The translations under genes were made by a program, and so were the position numbers. Of a DNA stretch of 64,000 nucleotides, positions 41,255 through 51,156 are shown in pieces (within the stretch, counting starts at the first letter, position 1; every line of letters starts with the position of its first letter). The notes under the pieces were generated by a model, which saw only the letters and a list, made by a program, of their open reading frames with translations, did no database searches and was not told where the DNA came from. The DNA is from Chloroflexota bacterium (GTDB taxonomy: Bacteria; Chloroflexota; UBA11872; VXOZ01), in assembly GCA_963662335.2 (NCBI GenBank), contig CAXXVD010000001.1, positions 224,001 through 288,000 on the forward strand. The letters run 5' to 3'.

Positions 41255-42580
41255 CTAGCCGCTGCCGTTCCCTTCATTCGCCTCGGCGCCGCCTGCATCG
41301 GGTTCCGGGCGCGGCTCCTTGCGCACCAGCGCCTTCTTGATGCGCGTGCCTTCCACGGCGAGCACCGAAACCGTAATGCCGTCAAGCTGAATTTCGTCGC
41401 CTTCGTCCGCCATGCGGCCCAGTTGCGCGTAGATCACGCCGCCCAACGTATCCACCTCTTCGTTCTCCAGGCTGATGCCGAGCACGTCGTTGAGGTCGTT
41501 CATGCTAATCGCCGGGTCCACCACGGCCTCGAGTTCATTCACCACTTCCACCTGCGGCTCTTCGGCATCGTGTTCATCCTGGATCTCGCCCACGATCTCC
41601 TCCAGCACGTCCTCGATCGTCACCAGGCCGGCGACGCCGCCGAACTCGTCCACGCAGACCGCCGCGTGCACGCGCTTCTGCCGCATCTCTTGGAGGAAAT
41701 CGCTTAATTTCTTCGACTCCGGCACGAAGTAGGGCTCGCGCATCACATCCCGCACCAGGGTGTCCAGCCGGTTGGACTCCACGTAGGGCAGCACGTCCTT
41801 TATGTAGACCACACCCTTGATGGCGTCGATCGTCTCCTCGTAGACCGGAATGCGCGAGTAGCCGTGTTCTGAGGACGCGCGGATAGCGTCAACCAGCCTG
41901 CTGTCGCCCTCCAAGGCCACGATGTCTACGCGCGGAGACATGATCTCGCCCACCGTCAACTCGCCCAATTCGAAGACGCCGTGTATCATCTCGCGTTCGC
42001 CCTCTTCGATCACGCCCTCCTTGCCGCCGGCGTCCACCATCATCTTGATCTCTTCCTCCGTCACCGTGGGCACGGTGGTCAGCGCCTCCTGCCCAAAGCG
42101 GTGCGTGATCAGGTTGCTGGTACGCGAAATCAGCCAGACAAGCGGATAGAAGACCGACTGGATGACCCGTATGACCCGCGCCGAGAGAAGGGCAAAGCGT
42201 TCGGCGTGGGTGATGGCCATCGTCTTGGGCACGATCTCGCCCAGCACGATGCTGACGAAGGCGATGGCCAGGGTGATGAGAATGACGGCAATTACCTGGT
42301 TGCCAATGATTGCGCCCAGATCGTCCGCAAAGCTGACCGCGCCGATAGCGGAAGCGAGAAAGCCGACCGTCGTGATAGCGATTTGGATCGTCGTCAGGAA
42401 GCGCTCGATGTTCTGGTGAAAGCCGTGAACGATGCGCGCGTTGACGGAGCCGCCGTCCGCCAGTTGCTGGATGCGCGCGCGGCTCACGGATATGACCGAG
42501 GTTTCTGTCGCTGCAAAGAACCCGTTGAGAAGCGTTAGGATGAGAATGCCGAGAATCTGACCCCAACTTGACGGATCCAA
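41255..42580 (-). CDS. Hemolysin-family CNNM/CBS/CorC transporter
   Basis: NGFFAATETS, GEIVPK, tandem CBS (YSRIPVY, VDEFGG, EDVLEEIVGEI), CorC C-terminus. Confidence 0.9.
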   Translation of the reverse strand: MDPSSWGQILGILILTLLNGFFAATETSVISVSRARIQQLADGGSVNARIVHGFHQNIERFLTTIQIAITTVGFLASAIGAVSFADDLGAIIGNQVIAVILITLAIAFVSIVLGEIVPKTMAITHAERFALLSARVIRVIQSVFYPLVWLISRTSNLITHRFGQEALTTVPTVTEEEIKMMVDAGGKEGVIEEGEREMIHGVFELGELTVGEIMSPRVDIVALEGDSRLVDAIRASSEHGYSRIPVYEETIDAIKGVVYIKDVLPYVESNRLDTLVRDVMREPYFVPESKKLSDFLQEMRQKRVHAAVCVDEFGGVAGLVTIEDVLEEIVGEIQDEHDAEEPQVEVVNELEAVVDPAISMNDLNDVLGISLENEEVDTLGGVIYAQLGRMADEGDEIQLDGITVSVLAVEGTRIKKALVRKEPRPEPDAGGAEANEGNGSG

Positions 42581-42711
42581 AGTCGATTGCTCCTTACTAC
42601 GCTAACCGGACGCGCCGCGCGCGCCCGCCCTGCCTGCCGCCCTACCGCCGTCATCATACACGGAAGCGCCCATGAGATGCCCTTTGCGCGCCTCACGCGC
42701 CTTTCCGCATC

Positions 42712-44247
42712 TCATGTGCCTTGCCGCTCGTCCGTTCGGTTCTCTTCCCGCTTCTTGTTTGCCCGCGCGCCGCGCACCCGCGCCGGCACGCCGTAGGCCT
42801 TCGTTTCCGGCGGCACGTCCCGCGTGACCACCGCGCCGGCGCCCGTGAGCGCATTATCCCCCACCCGCACGGGCGCTACCAGCAACGTGCCGCTGCCAAT
42901 GAACGCGCCCGCGCCGATTTCGGTCTCATGTTTCGCCGCGCCGTCGTAGTTGCACGTGATCGTGCCCGCGCCGATATTCGCGCCGCTGCCAACGACCGCA
43001 TCGCCAAGGTAGCTTACGTGGTGTATCTTGGCGCCGGCGTGGACACGGGTGTTCTTGAGTTCCGCGTAGTTGCCTATTTCCACGTCCCGGCCCACCACGG
43101 TGCCCGGCCGCAGGTGGGCAAAGGGGCCGATGCGCACGTTCTCGCCTACCGCCACGCCTTCCAGCACGGACTCCATGACCGTAACGTTAGCCGCAAGCCG
43201 CGTATCCTGCAAGCGCGTACTGGGTCCTAGCGTACAGTTGTCCCCGACGTGGGTATCGCCGTAGAGGTGGCAATTCGGCAAAACCGTAACATCTTGCCCG
43301 AAAGTGACCGTATCGTCGATCCAGACGGTCGCCGGGTCGGCCAGGGTCACGCCGCGTCGCAGCGCCCGCGCGCGTATCCGCGCGCGCAGCACACCCTCCG
43401 CCCGCGCCATATCCCCGCGGTCCGCAACGTACAGCAACTCGCCGTCCCCGCCGGCAGGGCATACCGTCTCGATTGTGTCTCCCTCGGCAACCGCCAACGC
43501 GGTGAGAGTGGTGACAAAATCCTCACTATGCGCGACGAAATCTTCACCTTGCGCCAGGAAGGCGTCCCGATGCTCCCAAAGCCACGCGCGGGAAACGCAC
43601 ACCGCGCCGGGGCTTGCGGCCTCCGCCGCCGCACCCTGACCAGGCGCATCCGCCGCGGGGCCGCCGCACATTACGCCCTCACCCTGTACAGAAACGCCAA
43701 TTGGCGCTCCCTCTCCCTGGGGCGGGCCGCCAATCTTTACCCCCTCTCCCTGGGGAGAGGGCCGGGGTGAGGGGAAATCTCCACCGCGCCGTCCATCCTG
43801 CGCGTGGCCGTCAGCGTTTCGCCTGGAACTGTCCGGGGAGTGAGCGTTGAGCACAATAAGCGGACCGGACGTCTCTCGCTGCCGACGGACAAGCCGGGAG
43901 AGTGTTTCAGAAGTAAGGAGCGGCATAGCGCCGGAGACAATCAATACCGAACTCACGGTCTCCGGAATAGCGGAAAGAGCCGCCTCCAGCAGGCCCATGC
44001 TCGTCTCTGCCACACACACAGTTGCCGAAATAAGGCCATCGCGCAGAGCCGCCGCCTCAGGGGCGCAGGCCACCACCACCGGCGCGCAGCCGGCCGCGCG
44101 CGCCGACCGCGCCGGATAGTAGCCCAGGGGGCGGCCCGCCACCGGATGCAGGACGGCGGCGCGCCGCGACCGCATCCGCTCTCCCCGGCCGGCGGCCAGG
44201 ATGATGGCGGCAGAAGGTTGGTGAGGGTCTGGGTCGCTCTCTGTCAT
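42712..44247 (-). CDS. glmU: GlmU homolog: intact acetyltransferase domain, degenerate uridyltransferase domain with palindromic insertion
   Basis: C-terminal GPFAHLRP, GNYAELK, HVSYLGDA, NIGAGTITCNYDG; N-terminal ILAAGRGERMRS with several catalytic motifs altered. Confidence 0.85.
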   Translation of the reverse strand: MTESDPDPHQPSAAIILAAGRGERMRSRRAAVLHPVAGRPLGYYPARSARAAGCAPVVVACAPEAAALRDGLISATVCVAETSMGLLEAALSAIPETVSSVLIVSGAMPLLTSETLSRLVRRQRETSGPLIVLNAHSPDSSRRNADGHAQDGRRGGDFPSPRPSPQGEGVKIGGPPQGEGAPIGVSVQGEGVMCGGPAADAPGQGAAAEAASPGAVCVSRAWLWEHRDAFLAQGEDFVAHSEDFVTTLTALAVAEGDTIETVCPAGGDGELLYVADRGDMARAEGVLRARIRARALRRGVTLADPATVWIDDTVTFGQDVTVLPNCHLYGDTHVGDNCTLGPSTRLQDTRLAANVTVMESVLEGVAVGENVRIGPFAHLRPGTVVGRDVEIGNYAELKNTRVHAGAKIHHVSYLGDAVVGSGANIGAGTITCNYDGAAKHETEIGAGAFIGSGTLLVAPVRVGDNALTGAGAVVTRDVPPETKAYGVPARVRGARANKKREENRTDERQGT

Positions 44248-44375
44248 AGGTAATCAAGCAGCGCGGCTCACGCATCGGCGCCGCGGCCCACTCCGTGCCG
44301 CCAGGCGTTCCCGCCGGCTTGCGGACACAGCCCGCCTACCCTCTGCCTCCTTCAGCGCCGCACGCATTCCCGCGG

Positions 44376-44447
44376 CTGGGGCGGTAGGATTCGAACCTAC
44401 GAATGCGGGCTCCAAAGGCCCGTGCCTTACCGCTTGGCGACGCCCCA
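44376..44447 (-). tRNA. tRNA-Gln (anticodon TTG), CCA not encoded
   Basis: Minus strand TGGGGCGTCGCCAAGCGGTAAGGCACGGGCCT-TTG-GAGCCCGCATTCGTAGGTTCGAATCCTACCGCCCCAG. Confidence 0.95.
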
Positions 44448-44710
44448 CCAAGTTCAATCTTAATCTGCGCACTAGAGGAGCGTCAAGTACCTTTCCAGTC
44501 AGGGTGCCATCTTGCCGGGGCACAACCCTACGAAATGAAGTAGGGCAATTTGCGCCTCTTGGCAATCTAATCGCTAACCAATTGCAAAAGGACTTGCGAC
44601 TAGGAGCAAGTTAACGACTGCTCTCGGAATGAGCCTAGTGATCCCAACCAGAGATGGCAGGCCAGTAGCGCGGCTAGAGTCCACCAGTACGGCCTTGCAA
44701 GCAAATGGGT

Positions 44711-45415
44711 CTATCTAATCGGACAACCCTTACTGCTAAACCAGTTGCCCACCACTTCATCTGTATGTCTGCAATACAACTTCACCAGACTATACATGTC
44801 CTGCAAATCGCTCGGGGCGCCAAGCGTGAGGCTTTCGCCGTGTGCAATCTTATTCCGTTGGTCTACCATTTGATTCACCATATTGACACAAGGCCTAAAG
44901 TTGCTCTTTAGACGGCTTCCCAACTCGCCTTCAAAGTTTTCGAAGCCAAACCGCCCAAAGAAACCCTTGATGTTGCTGTGGTCCGGTGTAGCAAAGTTAC
45001 CGACAAACATTTCAACTAGCAGTGGTTGCGAGAAGTGTGCGCTGCCATCCCAAATGTGAATGTCTCTTCTGACGAGATTCTCTATTTTGAGTGCCAGCCC
45101 CTCTTTGTCTGAGGTATTCTTGATCTCATTGATTATGTCACGAGAAAAGTAATACCTAAACTTCCGGGCAATCGAATTCTTAGGGATCGACCTTTCGGCA
45201 AGTTGAACTACCGCGATTCTCCCCAGAGCCTCTATGTAGCCCTCCAAATGGCTACACAGAAGTACAATGCCCGCTCTACTCAAGACATTTGTCCGAGTCA
45301 AATGGTCTCTAGGTCTCGGCCTCTGCCCATCTACCTCACGAGCCAAAGTCAAAATGGACTCGATCTCTTCCATACTGCGTATTAGATCGGAATAGGCAGA
45401 AGAATACCTGGCCAT
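44711..45415 (-). CDS. HEPN-domain protein (MAE_28990/RiboL-PSP-like), predicted RNase
   Basis: SHLEGYIE conserved-Glu helix and RNKIAH (Rx4H); lower GC than flanks. Confidence 0.8.
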   Translation of the reverse strand: MARYSSAYSDLIRSMEEIESILTLAREVDGQRPRPRDHLTRTNVLSRAGIVLLCSHLEGYIEALGRIAVVQLAERSIPKNSIARKFRYYFSRDIINEIKNTSDKEGLALKIENLVRRDIHIWDGSAHFSQPLLVEMFVGNFATPDHSNIKGFFGRFGFENFEGELGSRLKSNFRPCVNMVNQMVDQRNKIAHGESLTLGAPSDLQDMYSLVKLYCRHTDEVVGNWFSSKGCPIR

Positions 45416-45422
45416 GACTCAA

Positions 45423-46520
45423 TTAGAATAAGCCTGAAGTGACTTTCTCTGACCAAAGTTCGAACCGCCGATTTGTCCTAGACTTGTGGTCGATGGATCG
45501 GGTAATCAGGTCTTCAAATTCAGCATTCCTAAGCAGGTCTACATACCTCTCGTAGAACCTCTCCCTCTGGTGTTCGACAACTTCAGAATCTACACGGGCG
45601 AGACTGTACATAGTTAGGTCCATCAAGGCTCTATTGATTACACTTCGACCATTTGAGGGCAGTCTACGAAAACACTCTTCAGGTCTAAAGACCAGAAGGC
45701 ACCTGTCTATAGTTTGCTTCCAAAGCTGGCCAAGACGCCCTATGTTATCAGGACTGTAATTGCGTCCAATACTTGCAGCGTCATTGAGCCAGTTTTTTTG
45801 TGGAGTTCTGTAGTTTCTTTGACCATGAATTTGAAATGCAAAGAAGCGCAGAATCAACTCCTGGTCCCTCATTCTCTTGTCTGGCTTCCCACGATTGAGA
45901 ATCTTAAGCCAAGCGGGATATTCCGCAAGTTCACCAAGTAGATCGATTAATGCACCCCGGGCAATGCTATTCCTCAGCTCTTGTGCATTAAGTGGCACAG
46001 TGTTTGAATTCAGCCTCTCGAATACCTCGAATCTGATATCAGGGTCTGAGTCATTGGTCACAATCACGCAACGCAGAGAATAAGTCTCAATCTTTCGTTG
46101 CAGAGTTTGAGGCAACTGAAAAAACCTCTTCTTGTTGTGCTCTGCTAGGACATCCAGGTCCGAGAGCGCAAACTCATTATTAACAAATCGGTAGATTGAA
46201 TAAATCCTCTGCTGGCCGTCGATTACGTCTAGCTTGTAGTCCTCATCCTGAGCAAAGTAGCAGGGCGGTATGGGTACGTTAATCAGAATGGATTCTATTA
46301 GCTTCGAAGCCATGTCATCTTCCCAAACATACCAGCGCTGTGATTCAGGTCTACCACTGAGCTGCCGAAGATGCACGGTTCCATCTTCAATCTGGTCCAT
46401 CAATGAGGTCACTACCAAATCGTACGGCTGTGTAAACAGCTTAGGGTTGGAGATTTGATCCCGCTGTGGATCACGTTCTTGCTCTTTCTTCTCATCTTCA
46501 AAAAGCCGAACTTCAGCCAT
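45423..46520 (-). CDS. DUF262 (ParB-like, GmrS-type) domain protein
   Basis: QRWYVW, LIESILINVPIP, VIDGQQR, FERLN motifs; lower GC than flanks. Confidence 0.88.
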   Translation of the reverse strand: MAEVRLFEDEKKEQERDPQRDQISNPKLFTQPYDLVVTSLMDQIEDGTVHLRQLSGRPESQRWYVWEDDMASKLIESILINVPIPPCYFAQDEDYKLDVIDGQQRIYSIYRFVNNEFALSDLDVLAEHNKKRFFQLPQTLQRKIETYSLRCVIVTNDSDPDIRFEVFERLNSNTVPLNAQELRNSIARGALIDLLGELAEYPAWLKILNRGKPDKRMRDQELILRFFAFQIHGQRNYRTPQKNWLNDAASIGRNYSPDNIGRLGQLWKQTIDRCLLVFRPEECFRRLPSNGRSVINRALMDLTMYSLARVDSEVVEHQRERFYERYVDLLRNAEFEDLITRSIDHKSRTNRRFELWSEKVTSGLF

Positions 46521-46786
46521 TGTTATCCACTCTCTATCACTGGCGACTATCTGAGGTTCAAGTGTGCACGAATTCGTTATCCATTTGGGCCATTGTGTTC
46601 AAGCAAGTTCCCATTGTACATGAGCAACTCCACTAGCCTACTAGAACTCGCTCCAATTCACGCCAATTAGTGATAATACCGGCGAGTACCAAATGCCGGC
46701 ATCCAAGTCCTGATCCTTTGCTACCTGACTCAGTTGGCCCTATTGCGGCAACCAAAACCAACAAGCCAAGACCTGTCAATCTTGAT

Positions 46787-47860
46787 TCAGTTGATCACCA
46801 CCGCTTCTTGCCCGGCGATGCTGATCTGCTGCGCCACCGCGCCGGCAACTTCGCGGTAGACGGCGGCGATGGCCGAGTCGGGTTGGGTGGCGGCTATTGG
46901 TTTGCCGTTGTCGCCGCCTTCGCGAATAGCGACATTCAGGGGCACCTCGCCGAGGAAGGGCACGCCCATGGCTTCCGCCGCCTGGCGCGCGCCGCCGTGG
47001 CTGAAGATTTCCGTGCGTTTGTCGCAGTGGGGGCAGAGGAAGTAGCTCATGTTTTCCACGATGCCCAGGATCGGCACGCGCAGTTGTTGGAACATGCCGA
47101 TGGCCTTGCGGGCGTCGGACAGTGCCACGTCCTGCGGGGTGCAGACGATCACCGCGCCCGCGCCGGGGATGGACTGCGCCAGGCTCAGCGGCGCGTCGCC
47201 GGTGCCGGGCGGCAGGTCGACCACCAGGTAGTCGCGCTCGCCCCAGTGCACGTCGCCAAGGAACTGGGTGAGCAAGCGGTGGACGATCGGCCCGCGCCAG
47301 ATAATGGCCTGTTCCGGCTTGATCACGAATCCCGCCGACATAATCGTAATGCCGTACGCCTCGGCGGGAATCACCTTATTGCCCGCGCCGCGCAGTTGCG
47401 CCTGCGACCCCATCATCTGGGGCACGTTCGGGCCGTAGACGTCGGCATCCAGCAAGCCCACTTCCGCGCCGGACTGCGCCAAGGCGATTGCCAGGTTCAC
47501 GGCGGTGGTGGACTTGCCCACGCCGCCCTTGCCGCTGGCCACGAAGAGCACGTTCTTCACGTCGGTAAGGATGTCCGCTGATTCCGGCGCCATGCGCTTG
47601 GCCACCTCGGAGCGCGTGTCGATCGCCACGGCCTGCACGCCGGGCACCGCCAGCAGCGCCTTGCGGCACTCGTTCTCCAGGTGCTCTTTCATGGGGCAGG
47701 CGGGCGTGGTCAACACCAACTGAAACGCCGCCGTGCCCTTGTCAAACGTCATCTCCCGCACCATGTTCAGCGTGACGATGTCCTTGTGCAGATCGGGGTC
47801 CTGCACCACGCGCAGCGCGTCGACCAGGTCTTCGGTTCGGGGGGTCCCATTCGTTGCCAT
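46787..47860 (-). CDS. mrp: Mrp/NBP35 Fe-S cluster carrier ATPase with N-terminal DUF59
   Basis: DPDL, LTTPACP, SGKGGVGKST, DADVYGP, DLPPGTGD, ENMSYFLCPHC. Confidence 0.93.
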   Translation of the reverse strand: MATNGTPRTEDLVDALRVVQDPDLHKDIVTLNMVREMTFDKGTAAFQLVLTTPACPMKEHLENECRKALLAVPGVQAVAIDTRSEVAKRMAPESADILTDVKNVLFVASGKGGVGKSTTAVNLAIALAQSGAEVGLLDADVYGPNVPQMMGSQAQLRGAGNKVIPAEAYGITIMSAGFVIKPEQAIIWRGPIVHRLLTQFLGDVHWGERDYLVVDLPPGTGDAPLSLAQSIPGAGAVIVCTPQDVALSDARKAIGMFQQLRVPILGIVENMSYFLCPHCDKRTEIFSHGGARQAAEAMGVPFLGEVPLNVAIREGGDNGKPIAATQPDSAIAAVYREVAGAVAQQISIAGQEAVVIN

Positions 47861-48223
47861 GCCGTCTCACCTCTCTAGCGGCGTTGCGTTGCCTGCATTT
47901 CTACGACTGGCACGGGAAGAAGAGCCACTCGGGAGGGAGTCGCGCAGCGCGCATCCCTCCCGGTATTGCCGGCTCGCAACTACCGCGCTCCCATAACTTC
48001 AATTCTTGTAGTACTGTCCTTTCTCTACGGTAGCATGGCTGAAATCGCGGCGCAAAGGACTCTCTAGCCGTCACTTCTTAGTCGTGCGGGCGCGACACCG
48101 TGGGCATCGCATTCGATTTCGCGTCGTAGAGTACAATGGTTCTAAGCGAGGGCGACGCGCGGGGATAGATTTCGCGCGTGTTCTCGCGGCGCGGAAGTTC
48201 AAATACGTAAGGATAATGCATCT

Positions 48224-49489
48224 ATGTTCGAGAAGGCCACGTTGGAAAACGGTATGAGGGTTGTGACCGCCACACTGCCCCACACGCGCTCGGTATCGGT
48301 TATCCTGCTGGTGCGCGCCGGCTCGCGTTACGAACACGACCCCGAGGCCGGCATCGCCCACGTCTTCGAGCACATGCTCTTCAAGGGCAGCACGCGCTTT
48401 CCCACGGCGCAGATCGTCAGCGAGTCGATCGAGGGCGTCGGCGGTTCCATGAACGCCGCCACCGACAAGGAGACCGTGGACTACTGGTGCCGCGTGGCCC
48501 AGGACCATTACCCGCTGTCCATGGAATTGCTGGCCGACATCTTCCTGAACCCGCTGCTGGATCACGATGAACTCAAGCGCGAGCAAGGCGTAATCCTGGA
48601 AGAGTTGCGCATGTACCACGACGACCCCCGCAGTTGGGTGAGCATCCTGAGCGACCAGATTTGCTGGCCGGGGCATCCCCTGGGCCGGGACATCGGCGGC
48701 AGCCCGGAAACCGTCCAGGGCATTACGCCGGAGATGATCCACGACTACCGCGGCCGCATGTACAGTCCGCAGAACACGGTGCTGGCGGTGGCCGGCAACG
48801 TCACCCACGAGCAAGTGGCCGCCGACGCGGCGCGCCTCTACGGCGCGTGGACGAACGGCGCGCCGGCGGACTACGCGCCCTGGCAAGCGCCCGCGCCGCA
48901 GCCGCAGGCCGTCGGCGAAGGACGGGAATCGGTGGAACAGATGAGCCTGCTGCTCTCCTTCCCCGGCATCTCGATGTTCGATGAGGACCGCTACGCCTTG
49001 GGACTGCTCAATACCGTGCTGGGTGAAGGCATGAGTTCGCGTCTCTTCCTGGAGGTGCGCGAGAAGCGCGGCCTGGCGTACAGCGTCGGCTCGTTCCCGC
49101 ATTACCACCAGGATACCGGCCTCTTCACCGTCTACGGCGGCGTCGATCCCGACCACGCGCCGGACGCCCTGCGCTGCATCATGGACCAGATCGGCGGCCT
49201 GCGCGAACCCGTGCCGGAAACGGAAATGCGCAAGGCCAAGGAGTTCACCAAAGGCCACCTGCTGCTCCGCATGGAGAGCACCCAGAGCGTGGCCGGCTGG
49301 GGCGGCGCGCGCGAACTGCTGCACGGCGAACTCATCACGCCCGATGAGGCCGTAGCCCGCATCGAGGAGATAACGGCGGACGACATCCAGCGGGTCGCCG
49401 CGCGGCTCTTCACCGCCAACGCGGCCAAACTCGCCGTCATCGGCCCGCGCGATAGCAGCCAAGAACTCCTGCCGCTGGTGACCCAATAA
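48224..49489 (+). CDS. M16 (pitrilysin-family) zinc peptidase
   Basis: HVFEH inverted zinc motif (HxxEH), SSRLFLEVREKRGLAY. Confidence 0.92.
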   Translation: MFEKATLENGMRVVTATLPHTRSVSVILLVRAGSRYEHDPEAGIAHVFEHMLFKGSTRFPTAQIVSESIEGVGGSMNAATDKETVDYWCRVAQDHYPLSMELLADIFLNPLLDHDELKREQGVILEELRMYHDDPRSWVSILSDQICWPGHPLGRDIGGSPETVQGITPEMIHDYRGRMYSPQNTVLAVAGNVTHEQVAADAARLYGAWTNGAPADYAPWQAPAPQPQAVGEGRESVEQMSLLLSFPGISMFDEDRYALGLLNTVLGEGMSSRLFLEVREKRGLAYSVGSFPHYHQDTGLFTVYGGVDPDHAPDALRCIMDQIGGLREPVPETEMRKAKEFTKGHLLLRMESTQSVAGWGGARELLHGELITPDEAVARIEEITADDIQRVAARLFTANAAKLAVIGPRDSSQELLPLVTQ

Positions 49490-49507
49490 GGCGCGAGTGA
49501 GGGTACC

Positions 49508-50020
49508 ATGCCTTCGAACGGAGAAGCACCCCTACCGCAACGGAACCACCCTCTTGGGCCGCTGCGCGCGTTGCCATACTTCCTGCTGCTCACGTGCGCC
49601 CTCCTGGCCGGCTGCCTGCCCGGCGGCGAAGACGACCGCCGCTTGGCGTTTGCAGGCGGCGTGCGTCTGGATAGCGAAGGGAGTGCGGAAATAACCATTG
49701 TGGCGCGCAACGTCAGCGACCGTCTGTTTGCCCAAGACGACCATCTCGACGGGCGCGGCGAGGTGTTCAACAGCGCCCAGCAATTGCTGGATCGATTCAC
49801 GCAAGAGTCCATTGCCAAACTCACCGCCGGTGAAGAAACCACAGTCGCCACCTGGCAGGGCGTCCTGGAACCGGACACATACGTCATGCGCTGGACGACG
49901 GCCCGTTACGGCGGCGTGGAATTGGAATTCACGCTGCTGAAGCGCTTTGGGGTGTTGGAAGTCAGCAACGTGCGGGAGCGGCAACTCGCGCCCGAGCCTG
50001 CCGCGCAGTCCCCCGGCTAA
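49508..50020 (+). CDS. Hypothetical lipoprotein
   Basis: Lipobox LAGC followed by a beta-rich domain. Confidence 0.6.
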   Translation: MPSNGEAPLPQRNHPLGPLRALPYFLLLTCALLAGCLPGGEDDRRLAFAGGVRLDSEGSAEITIVARNVSDRLFAQDDHLDGRGEVFNSAQQLLDRFTQESIAKLTAGEETTVATWQGVLEPDTYVMRWTTARYGGVELEFTLLKRFGVLEVSNVRERQLAPEPAAQSPG

Positions 50021-50038
50021 GCGCGCAGCCGCTCACGC

Positions 50039-50863
50039 TCACCCCGGCTTGCGCGCCTTCAGCACCAGGCCGACGGAAGCGGTCTCAGTTGTGCGCGCCG
50101 GATTCGGGTCGTCGAACGCATACAGCAGCCGCCGCGCCCACGAGGAGAGGCGAGAGCCTTCCTCCGCACCGAACCGGTTGCATGACCCGCAGACTCCCCG
50201 CTCGACCAGGTTCTTGCCGATGCCGTAGAGGGCGAAGTGCGCAAACGGCAGGCAGCGCGGGGTGGTAAACCACACGTTCTCGACCGCAAACCCGGCAGCG
50301 CGCACCGCGTCCGTGAGTTCCGCAGCCGTGTAGAGCCGCACGTGGTCGGCCCAGATGCCGGCGAGCCACCAGATATGGGCGGGCACGTGCGCGCCAAAGG
50401 CGCGTTCCAGTATCCAGTTGAGCGGATCCCACAGAAATGGATACCGCCGGTGGGGCACCGAGATGAGGAGCAGCCCGTCGGCGCTGAGCACGCGGCTGAT
50501 TTCGCTGAGGGCGCGGTCGTCTTCCACGATGTGCTCCAGCACCTCGGAGCAGACGACGGCGTCGAACGCGCCCGCGGGAAAGGGCAGCGTGCGGGCGTCG
50601 GCGCGGGCGAAGTTCGCGGCCGGCGCCTGCGCCCGCGCTACCGCGAGATGAGCGGGGCTATAGTCCACGCCGACCACGGCGGCGCGCGGGTAGAGCGCGG
50701 CAATGGCCCGGGCGTAGAAGCCGCGGCCGCAGCCCACGTCGAGAATGCGGCCGGCCCCGGCCGCACGCACGTGGCGCAGGAGCAACGATGCCCGGCAGGC
50801 AAACGCCGGATCGATCTCGCGCGCTAGGAGAGCGGCAATATCCGCATCCAAAGAGGTCTTCAT
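50039..50863 (-). CDS. Class I SAM-dependent methyltransferase
   Basis: ILDVGCGRG, ADARTLPF, CSEVLEH. Confidence 0.9.
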   Translation of the reverse strand: MKTSLDADIAALLAREIDPAFACRASLLLRHVRAAGAGRILDVGCGRGFYARAIAALYPRAAVVGVDYSPAHLAVARAQAPAANFARADARTLPFPAGAFDAVVCSEVLEHIVEDDRALSEISRVLSADGLLLISVPHRRYPFLWDPLNWILERAFGAHVPAHIWWLAGIWADHVRLYTAAELTDAVRAAGFAVENVWFTTPRCLPFAHFALYGIGKNLVERGVCGSCNRFGAEEGSRLSSWARRLLYAFDDPNPARTTETASVGLVLKARKPG

Positions 50864-51156
50864 GGTGAGATAGTGTGCACGATGCCGGCGAGCGGCGCTA
50901 GAGCGCGCACGAATGGGCGTGGGGTCGTTGCCGCTCTTGCGTGCGACGGTCTTTACGCGGTTCTTACCGGCGGTGACGCGGAACGAGAACCTGTCGAGAC
51001 CAGTCTACTCCACGTTACCCGCCGCGCGCTCACCGCGCGCGTTCCGCTGCCTTGATCCCCCGGCCGCGTCCCGCTGCGGCGGCGTTTCCTGCCGTGAAGA
51101 TGACACGGGCAAGCCAAAGACGTATCGTAGAGTGAGCGCGTCCGGCCGGAGCGATT

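Noticed and set aside
44376-46786. Integrative element or prophage at tRNA-Gln
   Set aside because: No integrase, no duplicated tRNA 3' end, and the cassette lies on the 5' side of the tRNA.
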